The translations under genes were made by a program, and so were the position numbers. From NCBI GenBank assembly GCA_951406725.2, contig OX597814.1, positions 208,072,001 to 208,136,000 on the forward strand: a stretch of 64,000 nucleotides of DNA, in the 5' to 3' direction. This stretch comes from Octopus vulgaris. Its lineage: Eukaryota. The stretch's first letter is position 1. The number at the start of each line of letters is the position of its first letter. The notes under the pieces are model-generated. The model was given only the letters and a program-made list of their open reading frames with translations. It searched no databases and had not been told where the DNA came from. Shown here piece by piece: positions 1-12,464 of the stretch.

Positions 1-344
1 GCAATCGGTTGGTGCTTTTTACGTGCCACCGGCACGGAGGCCAGTCAAGGCGGCGCTGGCAACGGCCACGTTCGGATGGATCTTTTTACGTGCCATCGGC
101 ACTGGTATCACAACTACAATTGCCATTGATTTTTTGATCATACATATATATATATATCTATATATGTGAGTGTAATGTAAATTTTACTCTGCTACACATA
201 TTACAGATATATCTAATTAATGAAATATTAACGTTGCATATATTAACAGTTCCAAGATTATATGATGTAGTTCAACTTTTATGAGAAACCTGACCATTAG
301 AATAACTATAGAATATTGTTTAAATATAAATAACTAGCTCTTAC

Positions 345-444
345 CAGTTTCAACATCTCGTAACAAATTCTGGAAAGAAATGTGATATACACTGTTGGTT
401 CTTTCTAATAGGCTTGCCATTTTTACGACTCTTGGAGCTTGTAG
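345..444 (-). CDS. Dynein heavy chain coding exon 5 (absent from the ORF track); gene continues off the left edge
   Basis: tttatag| LQAPRVVKMASLLERTNSVYHISFQNLLRDVET-G |gtaaga; in frame with exon 4 and continues the DHC_N1 pattern. Confidence 0.9.
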
Positions 445-686
445 CTATAAACAACAGAACAAAGATTTTTTTAAAAAAAAGAGAAAATAATTTTGATGAA
501 TGAAAGCAGGGAACTTGGAGTAATCATGGACTGAAGATACTGTTTCAAATAAATTTGGGAGGACAGGCATGTAGAGAGGAGAAGGAGAAGGATAATGCCA
601 TCACCACTAATGACACTGATGCTGTCATTTTAACCATTCTGCCGCCTTAAAATAGAAGAAACAAAATTAAACTTGACTAAACATAC

Positions 687-876
687 CTGGTCATAGATGC
701 AGTTCAAATTCTTAAGTCTATCTTGCCAGAAATTCAATTCTACAAATGGAGTTGGATTCTGTCCGTCCTTCAAGAATTGAGCAGAATGTCTCTTTAGAAC
801 ATCTTGTATCTGGTGAGACCATTCTATGACAACTGATTCTGTAGAATGTACTAAGGCACGTGTCAACAAGCTATCT
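687..876 (-). CDS. Dynein heavy chain coding exon 4 (start of DHC_N1 domain)
   Basis: tttcag|A completes Lys from exon 3, so phase matches. LVHSTESVVIEWSHQIQDVLK...PTPFVELNFW...NLNCIYDQ |gtatgt. Confidence 0.95.
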
Positions 877-1149
877 CTGAAATATGGAAAAAAGTAATAG
901 TCATGACATCCCTTTACCACACCCAAATTTCTAGATAAAAGAGTATTTGCCAATAGACTTCAATCCTAGTATTGAGACAGGAATTTCTGTCACAAACTTT
1001 GGAGGGATGAAGGTTGAAATCAATCAATGTAGAATTTGAACTGAGAACATAGAGTAATGAAATTAAATTGATATTTAAATCAGGTCTGCTATCATTTAAC
1101 AACTTACCATCCTTAAAGTTTTGAGAAGATGAAAGAGGCTGTGACAAGA

Positions 1150-1328
1150 GTCTTGGACAACATCAGTTTGGAGGACTTCCATAGAGCCTTCACAAAGTGT
1201 CTGGAGCACTACAAGTGCATTGAAGTTAGAGGATCCTACTTTGAAAGAGATTAGAATTTTGTACTTCTTTCAAATTAATAAATGTCTCACCTGGAAAAGA
1301 CTTAAAACTTCTGGAATGCAACTTGTAT
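1150..1328 (+). mobile_element. mariner 3' end relic
   Basis: Encodes ...KCIEVRGSYFERD*, a mariner C-terminal pattern, followed by a TIR-like end and TA. Confidence 0.6.
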
Positions 1329-1974
1329 GACTAAATATTACTAAATATTACAATTTAGTAAAGAATTAATGCTTGAATATTTCATTCTTGTTTTGGTTTG
1401 CAAACTTCTTGATATCTTTTATGGGTGTGATATAACAAATGATATGCATATACATATATATATATATATGTGTATATATATATGTATATTATCATCATCA
1501 TCATCATCATTTAGCGTCCGTTTTCCATGCTAGCATGGGTTGGACAGTTTAACTGGGGTCTGTGAAGCCGGAAGGCTTCATCAGACCCAGTCAGATTTGG
1601 CAGTGTTTCTACGGCTGGATGCCCTTCCTAACGTCAACCACTCCGTGAGTGTAGTGGGTGCTTTTACGTGCCACCTGCACAGGTGCCAGACAGAGCTGGC
1701 AAACGGCCACAAACGGATGGTGATTTTATATAGCATGGAGAACGGACGTTAAACGATGATGATGATGATGATGATATATGTATATACATATCATTTGTCA
1801 TATCATAGTCATATATATATGTGCAAATTTGCTTTGATCCTTTGGCCTATAACCGATGAGGAGTTGGGGACCTTTTGTGTCTGTTTTCTGTTTGTGCATC
1901 TATTATATGTTCTTTGACTTATCAATTTGATGGAATGTCATGTATTGTCTTTTATTTTGTTTACAGTTAGTGTT

Positions 1975-2035
<61 letters not shown>

Positions 2036-2039
<4 letters not shown>

Positions 2040-2194
2040 GCGTTATCGTTGTCTTTCGTCTCAAATGCTAGCTGAAGCATAAAAACTTTCACTCACAAAA
2101 ACTTATTCACACCACCGCAAAGCATTTCACCTCAATCCTGTCTTCTTTCTGCCGCCTAAAACCTCATCTTCTCCCCAATGCGCGGTGTCACTAT

Positions 2195-2230
<36 letters not shown>

Positions 2231-2569
2231 ATGTGGTGTCGGTTCTCCCTCTGTTTTCACTCTCTCTCTCTCTCTCTCTCTCGGTATATATCTCACCTTC
2301 ACTCGCTTCCACAGGCTTAGCCAATACCGCAGGATGAAAAACATCAGCTAAGTTCCTGACCTGTTTCCTCTTTTCATTGTTTTTGCAAGCCTTATTATTA
2401 TTGTATCCCCATCTAATAGCGTTATCGTTGTCTTTCATCTCAAATGCTAGCTGAAGCATAAAAACTTTCACTCACAAAAACTTATTCACACCACCGCAAA
2501 GCATTTCATCTCAATCCTGTCTTCTTTCTGCCGCCTAAAACCTCATCTTCTCCCAATGCGCGGTGTCAC

Positions 2570-2612
<43 letters not shown>

Positions 2613-2641
2613 ATGTGGTGTCGGTTCTCCCTCTGTTTCCA

Positions 2642-2681
<40 letters not shown>

Positions 2682-3005
2682 ATATATCTCACCTTCACTC
2701 GCTTCCACAGGCTTAGCCAATACCACAGGATGAAAAACATCAGCTAAGTTCCCGACCTGTTTCCTCTTTTCATTGTTTTTGCAAGCCTTATTATTATTGT
2801 ATCCCCATCTAATAGCGTTATCGTTGTCTTTCGTCTCAAATGCTAGCTGAAGCATAAAAACTTTCACTCACAAAAACTTATTCACACCACCGCAAAGCAT
2901 TTCATCTCAATCCTGTCTTCTTTCTGCCGCCTAAAACCTCATCTTCTCCCAATGCGCGGTGTCACTATGTCTCTCTCTCTCTCTCTCTCTCTCTCGCTAT
3001 GTGGT
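2036..3005. repeat. Tandem repeat, ~380-396 bp unit, 2.5 copies, each with two (TC)n tracts
   Basis: Unit start aatagcgttatcgttgtctttc at 2036, 2415 and 2811; units differ mainly in (TC)n length. Confidence 0.95.
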
Positions 3006-3226
3006 GGCCGATGCCAGACCCCTCTGGCACCTGTGCAGGTGGCACGTAAAAAACACCCACTACACTCGCGGAGTGGTTGGCGTTAGGAAGGGCATCCAGC
3101 TGTAGAAACACTGCCAGACTAGACTGGAGCCTGGGGCAGTCCCGAGCTCCCCAGATCCCGGTCGAAACCGTCCAACCCGTGCTAGCGTGGAAAACGGACG
3201 TTAAACGATGATGATGATGATGATGA

Positions 3227-3303
<77 letters not shown>

Positions 3304-3778
3304 TTTTTTTTAATCGTTGACTCATCGTAGACATTTTTAGAGAGTTACTTCCCTTATATAATAGCGAAAAAATGCATTAAAATGGAAAAAATGATGGTAA
3401 ATTTTTTTTTAAATCATAGACTCATCGTAAACACGCGCTAATACCCAGAAGGGCTCGATATGAATCACGACTATAAGATACCCGGTTTGGTTAAACTGCA
3501 CCACAAAATGTGGGAGTAGTTAGGAATCTAAATCGTAGGAGACAGACAGCACACAACCTCTCTTCTATATATAAAGATTACATTATTTCTTTGTAAAGAT
3601 TTAAACTCGTACACTTCACTATTTAGAGTTCTCTTTGCAAAGGATATAGTCCAACACCAAGATATTAGCTATCAATTCTTCAAGCAGTTGCAACTGTTGA
3701 CTCTACGCATTAATGGTGAATGCCATTACCAACTGGGTTTTAAAGGTAATTCATAAGAATTTCATCTTTATATATAAA

Positions 3779-4160
3779 CTAGCAGTATCGCCCGGCGTTG
3801 CTCGGGTTTGTAAGGGAAATAACTATAAAGCATTTTTAGAGAGTTATAGCCAAAAAATAGCAAAAAAATGCATTAAAAATGGAAAAAAAATTATGGTAAA
3901 TTTTTTTTAAATCGTTGACTCATCGTAGACATTTTTAGAGAGTTACTTCCCTTATATAATAGCAAAAAAATGCATTAAAATGGAAAAAAATGATGGTAAA
4001 TTATTTTTAAAATCGTAGACTCATCGTAGACGCGCGCTAATACCCAGAAGGGCTCGATATGAATCACGACTATAAGATACCCGGTTTTGGTTAAACTGCA
4101 CCGCAAAATGTGGGAGTAGTTAGGAATCTAAATCGTACGAGACAGACACACAACCTTACT

Positions 4161-4192
<32 letters not shown>

Positions 4193-4259
4193 CATGCATG
4201 CATGCATACATACATACATACATACATACATACATACATACATACATACATACATAAGA
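3779..4259 (-). mobile_element. Non-autonomous Helitron with a (TACA)n expansion at its 5' end
   Basis: CTAG end at 3779-3782 with hairpin; same body as 61753-62135. Confidence 0.85.
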
Positions 4260-4458
4260 TGATAGACTGGCAGACTTGTAAGACTGCAGTTGGCCAAAAC
4301 GCATTGTTCTATTTAGTTGCATCCCTTTACATTCTAAGTTCAAATTCTACTCCCATCACTTTATCTTTCATATTTCTGAGAACAAAATATGTGACATGCA
4401 GACAGACAATTGCATAAACAGAGATAAATAAAACATGCAGAAACTAGAGTTTACTCAC

Positions 4459-4643
4459 TTAATATCAAGGTTGTCAATGTTTTCAATGCCAACAGGAAGT
4501 GGTAACAGTGTTTTGCCTTTTACCTGACCAATCACAACATCGACATTTCTCTTGAGGTTGTGTACCTGTCGAATGATGTCCTGTGAAACCACCCTTGGCC
4601 AATGCTCATGGTTCTTTTCATTTGTCAAAATTGGAACAAGTAT
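4459..4643 (-). CDS. Dynein heavy chain coding exon 3
   Basis: tttcag| ILVPILTNEKNHEHWPRVVSQDIIRQVH...GQVKGKTLLPLPVG... |gtgagt; 185 nt, ends in phase 2. WPxVVSQD and GKTLLPLP are family motifs. Confidence 0.95.
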
Positions 4644-4732
4644 CTGAAAGACAAACAATACAATATTCCTTTTTAAAAGGAAAAGCTTTTGGTTTGAAAT
4701 CAGGTTGATATTATTTTCTTTCTTTCTTTTTT

Positions 4733-5128
4733 CTTTTACTTGTTTCAGTCATTTGACTGCGGCCATGCTGGAGCACCGCCTTTAGTCGAGCAAATCGACC
4801 CCGGGACTTATTCTTTGTAAGCCCAGTACTTATTCTATCGGTCTCTTTTTGCCGAACCGCTAAGTGACGGGGATGTAAACACACCAGCATCGGTTGTCAA
4901 GCAATGCTAGGGGGACAAACACAGACACACAAACATACACACACACACACATATATACATATATACAACAGGCTTCTTTCAGTTTCCGTCTACCAAATCC
5001 ACTCACAAGGCATTGGTCGGCCCGAGGCTATAGTAGAAGACACTTGCCCAAGATGCCACACAGTGGGACTGAACCTGGAACCATGTGGTTGGTTAGCAAG
5101 CTACTTACCACACAGCCACTCCTGCGCC
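4733..5128 (-). mobile_element. SINE family A
   Basis: Near-identical reverse complement of 60536-60933. Confidence 0.9.
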
Positions 5129-5456
5129 TATTATTATTATTATTAAACTTTCTTTTGTTTTTTTTATATCAAATCACCTTAAAGTACATTTGGTTTTATT
5201 ATAAACCCGTTTTAAAGATTTTATATTTAACTTAAAATACTTCATTGTAATAGTTGCCACCACTGCAGCCACAGTAGCAGTAACAGAAGCATTATTATTA
5301 TTTATCATATAAGTATATATATATTTGTAGTGACCCCCTTCGTCACATGAATGACCATGGGATTGCACCTAGAAAGTTACTCTCCGAGACACAAGTCTGG
5401 GCAATGTTGTTTATGGAAAACAGCAGTCGCCTACGCATACTTATTCTTATTCCTAA

Positions 5457-5758
5457 CTAACAGTATCGCCCGGCGTTGCTTGGGTTTGTAAGGGAAATAA
5501 CTATATAAGCATTTTTAGAGAGTTACTTCCCTTATATAATAGCAAAAAAAATGCATTAAAAATGGAAAAAAATGATGGTAAATTTTTTTTAAAGCGTAGA
5601 CTCATCGTAGACGCGCACTAATACCCAGAAGGGCTCGATATGAATCACGACTATAAGATACCCACTTTTGGATAAACTGCTCCGCAAAATGTGGGAGTAG
5701 TTAGGAATCTAAATCGTAGGAGACAGACACCACACAACTTCTCTTTTATATATATAGA
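5457..5758 (-). mobile_element. Non-autonomous Helitron
   Basis: Same family; one internal repeat unit shorter. Confidence 0.85.
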
Positions 5759-5987
5759 TGTGTCTTAATGTCATCTTCCAAACCTAATGCTTTTTCCCAA
5801 CACTGCATTGCAACCTTCTGTAATTCTCTCTACTTTCACTTTCTTTTTTCTCTCTCCCATCATAAAAGCTACTAATAAATATTTTTCCATGCAAGAACAA
5901 CATTTTATACAATGATTTTAATGAATTTCTTCTTTCTTCTTTATGTTCTCCCTTCTACTTAATAAAAATAGATAAAATGCTTCTAAC

Positions 5988-6146
5988 CTCATCAACAAAT
6001 ACTGAGAGATGTTCAAGTGGAGAGTACGATAAGTCACCATAGAGCAGTGCAGTTCTTAGTGCTGCTTCTCTGGAGATTGGCTCTTTGTTTCTTCTAACAA
6101 AATAGCAGGACTTTCCATTGGGGGCCTCAGGCCAATTTTGCTGCAT
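5988..6146 (-). CDS. Dynein heavy chain coding exon 2
   Basis: Acceptor ttattgcag|, 53 codons MQQNWPEAPNGKSCYFVRRNKEPI...YGDLSYSPLEHLSVFVDE, donor |gttaga; phase 0/0. Contains the KxxYFV and GDLS.xPLE motifs of DNAH9/17-type N-termini. Confidence 0.92.
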
Positions 6147-6737
6147 CTGCAATAAAATAATCATAAATAAATAGAGACATGCAGACAGTCAAACAAGTTG
6201 ATAGAAAAAAAGAAAAGGGCACTCAACACGCTTTATAGAGTTTATACTTATTTGTATAAATGGTTTGACTCAGATCTATATTACTTAATTTTTTACAAAA
6301 ATTAAGAAAATACTCTAGATCATTCAAGTATTTGATTCTGAAAGAAATCATCACATTTTTGTGAATCCTTTATGCAAAGCAATTTTGAGTCAAACAGGTG
6401 TGAAACTCAGAGTAGACTTTCAGGTTTTGATATGATGAGCTTATCTATCCACTCTACCCAATGTACTAAGTTCTGTATTAGATAGTGTTTGCACTATATA
6501 AAATATATTTTAAGGTAGTGCTCCAGCATTGCCACAGTCAAAATTACTGAACTAAACTAATTTTTGCAGTTTAACTGTTTTCAAACTTTCTGTAGCACTT
6601 GAGAAAAAATTTCATTTGTTCAAAGATGGGTTTAGTTCTGTTCGTCATTTCTAACAGGCTAAATCTAAAAAGAAATGGAAACTAAATGAGTTTTCAGTTG
6701 TTTAAGTATACACACACATTTTTTCAGGGACATCCTG

Positions 6738-6769
<32 letters not shown>

Positions 6770-7574
6770 ATCTCTGATGAAGCTATAGGGTGATACACAA
6801 GCCCTCAACTATGAGTGCATTGCATTTTATAGCATTAACAGCCATAAGCTAATGAAGTTCATGACATAATTACTTCTTCCCTTGTCATTTATCTAACTTA
6901 TTATTGCAATGTACTTGACTGATACTTTGTTCTGAAACATATATATATTGAGTTCTAACACCAGGTTATTAGTATTGCTAAGCCAAAGCAAAATACGAAT
7001 GTATGATATAATACTACCCAAAACCAAGAACCCTTTAATAAGTTTAATTCTAGAAAAATGAAGGGTAACTTAGTACAACAAGAACATAAGATATAAGAGA
7101 TTCACAGACAACAGGCACTACAAACATACACTTCTATCCGCAGTTGCCTAATGCCATATCAGAGATTAGTCACTTGACCATGTCCAAAAAGAGAATTGCT
7201 TACTAAAAACACTAGACTGTAAGTTTACTCAATATTTCTAATTACCTAAAATGTTGTTTTTCTTTATAGTCAGTAAATATTTCAGGGAGATTATACTGCT
7301 ATTTCTAGCAGAATGATTAATTACAAGGAAGTTCCACTACTGTCTCAGAAGAGTTGTCTTAGCACTAATGTAAATATCTAAGCTGGACTATATTAATCTC
7401 CTACCACCCCTTCTGCTTTCTTTTGGAATAACTATGTTACTATTGCCTCTGACAACAGATTTTTTGAAAACAAGTCAAGACATGCTTCCAAACTATAAAT
7501 GGAGAGAAGAACCAGAGCTAGGAATAACTCTAGTGCTACAACACACACACACATACATACATGTGCATATACAT

Positions 7575-7592
7575 ATAGACAGACAGACAGGC

Positions 7593-7623
<31 letters not shown>

Positions 7624-7640
7624 TAGATAGATAGATAGAC

Positions 7641-7679
<39 letters not shown>

Positions 7680-7736
7680 GATAGAAAGATAGATAGATAG
7701 ATAGATAGACAAATAGATAGATAGATAGAGATAGAA

Positions 7737-7802
<66 letters not shown>

Positions 7803-7850
7803 AGACAGACAGACAGACAGATAGATAGATAGATAGATAGACAGACAGAC

Positions 7851-7903
<53 letters not shown>

Positions 7904-7908
7904 CAGAC

Positions 7909-7965
<57 letters not shown>

Positions 7966-8027
7966 GAGAAAGAGAGAGAGAGAGAAAGAGAGAGAAAGAG
8001 AGAGAAAGAGAGAGAGGGAGAGAGAGG

Positions 8028-8089
<62 letters not shown>

Positions 8090-8090
8090 C
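7575..8090. repeat. Compound microsatellite (GACA/GATA/GGCA/GA)n
   Basis: Direct reading; source of the spurious LSIY-repeat ORFs. Confidence 0.98.
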
Positions 8091-8213
8091 ACATACATAG
8101 ATACACATATAGATATATACACATGCCTGAATGTATACCCATATGTGTATGTATGTGATGACCAATTTGTTAATAAATGATTGTTAACTTCCTTATCTCC
8201 ATTTTCTTTTAAC

Positions 8214-8233
8214 TACACACACACACACAGACA

Positions 8234-8284
<51 letters not shown>

Positions 8285-8296
8285 ACACACACACAC
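8214..8296. repeat. (CA)n microsatellite
   Basis: Direct reading. Confidence 0.97.
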
Positions 8297-8686
8297 GTAA
8301 TATTTACACTTACAAACATACATTCACATATATAGAGAGTTGCTGAAAATTGCAGTGGACCCCAGGGTTGAATTCAGGGATCATGATGAGTGTCTGAGAG
8401 GTGACACAACCCCCAAATCTGGATTTTTGCAATTTTAGCAATATTAACACAGCTCAAAGAGCCAATTCCCTACAAGATACTTTCTATGGACAAAGGTTTT
8501 CGTCAATCAATGATAATCTAAAGTATAGAAGCCATCTTATCATGGCTAACCACATTGGGGAGGGGGTTGTTACTGTAGCTTTATAGCCCCAAGAGATCTT
8601 CGTCTCTAGCTGGCTTTAGACACAATATCAGTGTCCTTGGAGTATTTGCAAGGGAGGCCATCTCTTCCTCGCAAGCCTGAGTGATA

Positions 8687-8729
8687 CGCTCGAACTAGTT
8701 TCGGGATTGTTGTCCCTCGTCAACGGGCG
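8687..8729 (-). ncRNA. Minimal type-I hammerhead-ribozyme-like motif
   Basis: cgcccg-TTGACGA-ggga-caacaa-tccc-GAAA-ctag-TT-cgagcg: stem I 5/6 paired, perfect stem II, palindromic loop III; C3 replaced by U. Confidence 0.6.
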
Positions 8730-10162
8730 GTAACCACCAGGTCGTGATGAAAGTGAAGGCCTCTTTGCAAACATATATAAGTTTTTCTAATGGCGTCTGC
8801 CACTGATGTCGAAAAACGAACAGTAAGCATAATTAAATCTCAGAATGAGATTGAAACAGTAATCGCTCGATAATCATTTTTAAGAAAAATAAAATAAAAC
8901 ATATTTGTTAATTTAACAGAAGTATTGGCATAAGTAAACAAAACAGGCTTTACATGCCTTCTTAAAACAAACTGAAACTAATTTTATCCTGCAAGTTCAT
9001 TTTCATTATTACAAATAGGTCAATCAGTCCCTCTTTTGTTATACTTCTGAGGAAGTTCTTGATGAGGTTTGATATGTGGAAAAAATCTCTTAGCAGATGT
9101 TACCAAAAATGGCAAAATGCAAAAATATTCACAGTACAATACAGACATTCAAAGAATGTTTATTTTGTTTATTTTTATTGCATCTAAAAAATAGTTGATG
9201 TGGTGTTATATCTTCATAAAAATTAAAATGCTTGCATTGTCTTGAGGTGTTATACTTCTCTTTCGTGGATTCTGAGACATTGTCTGAGTATTTGCAAGAA
9301 CAGTTAAATTATTCTTCTATCATTCTTCAATATTGCTACACAATGCAGAACAATCTACTAACTGTGTTTGCAAAATCAAACAGCTTAAACTAGCAATCAC
9401 CAAATCAATGATGACAAAAAAGACATTCTGTTTTGAATTCACATAGAATTTCTTGGACATTCTTCTTTGATTTATTATCATTATCCTCAGTGACAATAAG
9501 TCTTGCTCTTTCTTTTTGTTTAATTTTGAGCTTTCATGGGTAATGGACTCAAATTTGATTTCCATAGCAACTAGTTTTACTTCATTTAAAATCTGTGACC
9601 CTTTCTCGTGTGGACCTTCAAGATCATCGAAGGGTAACTTCAGATTTTTAAGACTTCTATATCTACTGTACTGTCTTGCCTAGATGATGTGCCTAGGTAA
9701 CAACAGCTATTAACTACTTCTAGTGAGTCATCTGGGCATTTAAGAGAATCTATTTCTAATGTGTTCATAGTACAAACTGTTACAATGCATCAATCACATA
9801 TGAAGTTTACGTTCTCTTTTAGTCTGCTTCTGACGCTTGTGTGTCTATAACTTGCATTAGGTATAGCGTATGGAGCTTTTAACTACTCCTTTTCTGTATA
9901 TCAAGCATGGCCATATCCCTGAAGATACTACAGCCATGTCTTTTACTTTTCACCAAAACTTTTCTTTGCTAAGTTTACCTGAAGATCTTGCAATTTTAGT
10001 TTTAGCTTCCAAGCCTGGAATTTCTAACCTAATTCCCCAAACAGATTCAGTTATGAGAACTAGATCATCAGGATATAGGAGTTTTCATAGACATCCAGTC
10101 TAAAACTCCTCCGTGACAGCATGTAGGTCTATGATGGATAGGAAGGGACTGTGAAGATTTAA

Positions 10163-10378
10163 GGCAGCGAGCTGGCAGAAGTGTTAGCACACCAGGCGAA
10201 ATGCGTAGCCGTATTTCGTCTGCCGTTATGTTCTGAGTTCAAATTCCGCCAAAGTCGACTTTGCCTTTCATCCTTTTGGGGTCGATAAATTAAGTACCAG
10301 TTACACACTGGGGTCGATGTAATCGACATAATCCGTTTGTCCCCTGTGTTTAGCCCCTTGTGGGTAGTAAAGAAATAG
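10163..10378 (+). mobile_element. tRNA-derived SINE family B (~230 bp)
   Basis: GGCAGCGAGCTGGCAGAA...GAGTTCAAATTCC head; 18-bp flanking direct repeat ataggaagggactgtgaa. Copies: 18306-18538(-), 19141-19373(-), 19419-19620(-), 22335-22564(-), 32291-32525(+), 54701-54903(-). Confidence 0.88.
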
Positions 10379-10850
10379 GAAGGGACTGTGAACCAAAACT
10401 TCCTGAACTTAGCACCTTCATGGCTCTTTGTACATAACTTATACAGCCCACATAAGTCATTCATTGACACTTAGTTTCCTCAGTGACCACCAGATTACTG
10501 ACTGTGTTACTTTGTCAAATGCCTTCTCCAATCAATGAAAACCAGAAATAGTGGTTTATTCTTAGCCAAGCATTCTCTTGCACTTCCCTCATTAGGAAAA
10601 TTGCATTTATAGTATCCTTTCTAGGCACAAAACAAAACTGCATTGCATCTAGGTCTAGTCTGTTAGGGATCAATTGTGCGATGACTCTTACTGAGACTAG
10701 TAGTTTGATTTCTCTATCGTTGCTTCACTCTAAGGCATCTCTTTTACCTTTGTATCACTTTACAATGATACTGCCATGCAAGGCATTGAGTGAAAAAAAA
10801 CCTTTCCTTTATGTCTTGATTAATTATCTGGGTGGTAACCATGTATTCAA

Positions 10851-11245
10851 TCATCATCATCATCATCGTTTAACGCCCATTTTCAATGCTAGCATGGGTT
10901 GGATGGTTCAACCCAGTTCTGGGAAGCCAGGAGGCTGCACCAGGCTCCAGCCTTGATCTGGCAGTGTTTTTACAGCTGGATGCCCTTCCTAACGCCAACC
11001 ACTCCATGAGTGTAGTGGGTGCTTTTTTATGTTCCACTGGCACAGGTGCCAGGCAAGGCTGGCAACAGCTACAATCGGTTGGTGCTTTTTACGTGCCACC
11101 AGCAGGGAAGCCAGTCAAGGCGGTGCTGGCATCAGCCATATTCAGATGGTGCATTTTACATGCCACCGGCACAGGTATCGCAACTACAATTTCCATTTGA
11201 TTTTTTGCTGTTGATGTACTTGACTCAATAGGTCTCCCCAAGCAC
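10851..11245 (-). mobile_element. RTE 3'UTR fragment
   Basis: (CAT)n followed by the reverse complement of the shared terminus and repeat units. Confidence 0.85.
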
Positions 11246-11976
11246 AGTGTGTGTATATATATATCATCACCATCATCACAGTGTGTGTATATATATATAT
11301 CATCGTCATCATCATCACCATTTAACATCCGCTTTCTCACCAGATATTTTGAACATCTCTGCAATGATCCCCGATGAACCTAAAGCTTGCTTTATTCTTC
11401 ATGTTCTTGATTGCTTTATTTGCCACACTGTGGTCATCTTGAATTATTGATCCCTACTTAGGGCCAGCATGAGGTAGTCCCACTTTATCTCATGTATTCT
11501 TATTCAGTAGCCTCTCATAATAGCACTTCTATGCCACTTTCTTGTCTTCCATATCAATAAGTATAATTTCAACCTTCTGGGTACACTTCCCACCAATGAC
11601 ATCCCAGTTCTTTCTCACACATTGTCTTGCAATTACGACCACTTCATGGCTCTCATCCTCACATTACAGGTATATTTATTTCATATATGCATTTGAGTTT
11701 GTATGCATATGCATGTGTGTGCATGTGAGTGTATATGAAAGTTTCATCTTCTTCAATAACTTTTTTGAGTACCTTACACTGCTTTATACAACTGTTGTGC
11801 GTGTGTATAGCATTTCCTTACTCATTGCCTGCCAGAAAAAAGAAACATCATATGTGCATTCATTCTGCACCCCTTAAGTTAATTCTCTTTGTATCTCTCT
11901 TTTGTTCTCTCTCTCCTCTCTGTTTCTACGATGTAAAGTATGACTAAAATCAACCAACCAATTCATATTGGCCATC

Positions 11977-12013
<37 letters not shown>

Positions 12014-12218
12014 CAAAATGGGACAAGAACGCAAAACATTCAAATAGACGATACTAAAAACACAGACGGGTCAATCAAAGCCTCTAATCTTCAGTCAAGA
12101 ACCGGATCATCCTCGCAATTTCAGCTGATTAATTATATATATATAATGTGACCGCGTGTGTACCGTTGGCGATTTTTTTCCCTCTGTCTTCCCTTCTGTG
12201 GATCTTTCCTTCTCCTAT

Positions 12219-12253
12219 GTTTCCGACGAAGAGCTCCGCTCGAAACGTTAAAC
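12219..12253 (+). ncRNA. Minimal hammerhead-ribozyme-like motif in a (TA)n-flanked element
   Basis: gttt-CCGACGA-a-gagc-tcc-gctc-GAAA-cg-TT-aaac; U4 replaced by C, plus one extra A. Confidence 0.5.
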
Positions 12254-12340
12254 CCTCCTTCTTTCCTGAACGTCCAATAATACTATATTTGTTCCACGTC
12301 CTCGTGTTGTTGTGGTTTTTTTGTGCTTTCATGTTTGGAT

Positions 12341-12344
<4 letters not shown>

Positions 12345-12387
<43 letters not shown>

Positions 12388-12390
12388 GGT

Positions 12391-12460
<70 letters not shown>
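12345..12460. repeat. (TA)n microsatellites
   Basis: Direct reading; other long (TA)n tracts at about 1975-2035, 3230-3298, 11979-12007, 46095-46147 and 54910-54945. Confidence 0.97.

Positions 12461-12464
<4 letters not shown>

Noticed and set aside
7432-8165. 209-236-aa ORFs
   Set aside because: Translations of (GATA/GACA)n microsatellite.
12008-12130. Hammerhead in the neighbouring TA-flanked element (CTGAAGA on minus), and ccgatga at ~1853
   Set aside because: No stem II plus GAAA found at the required spacing.
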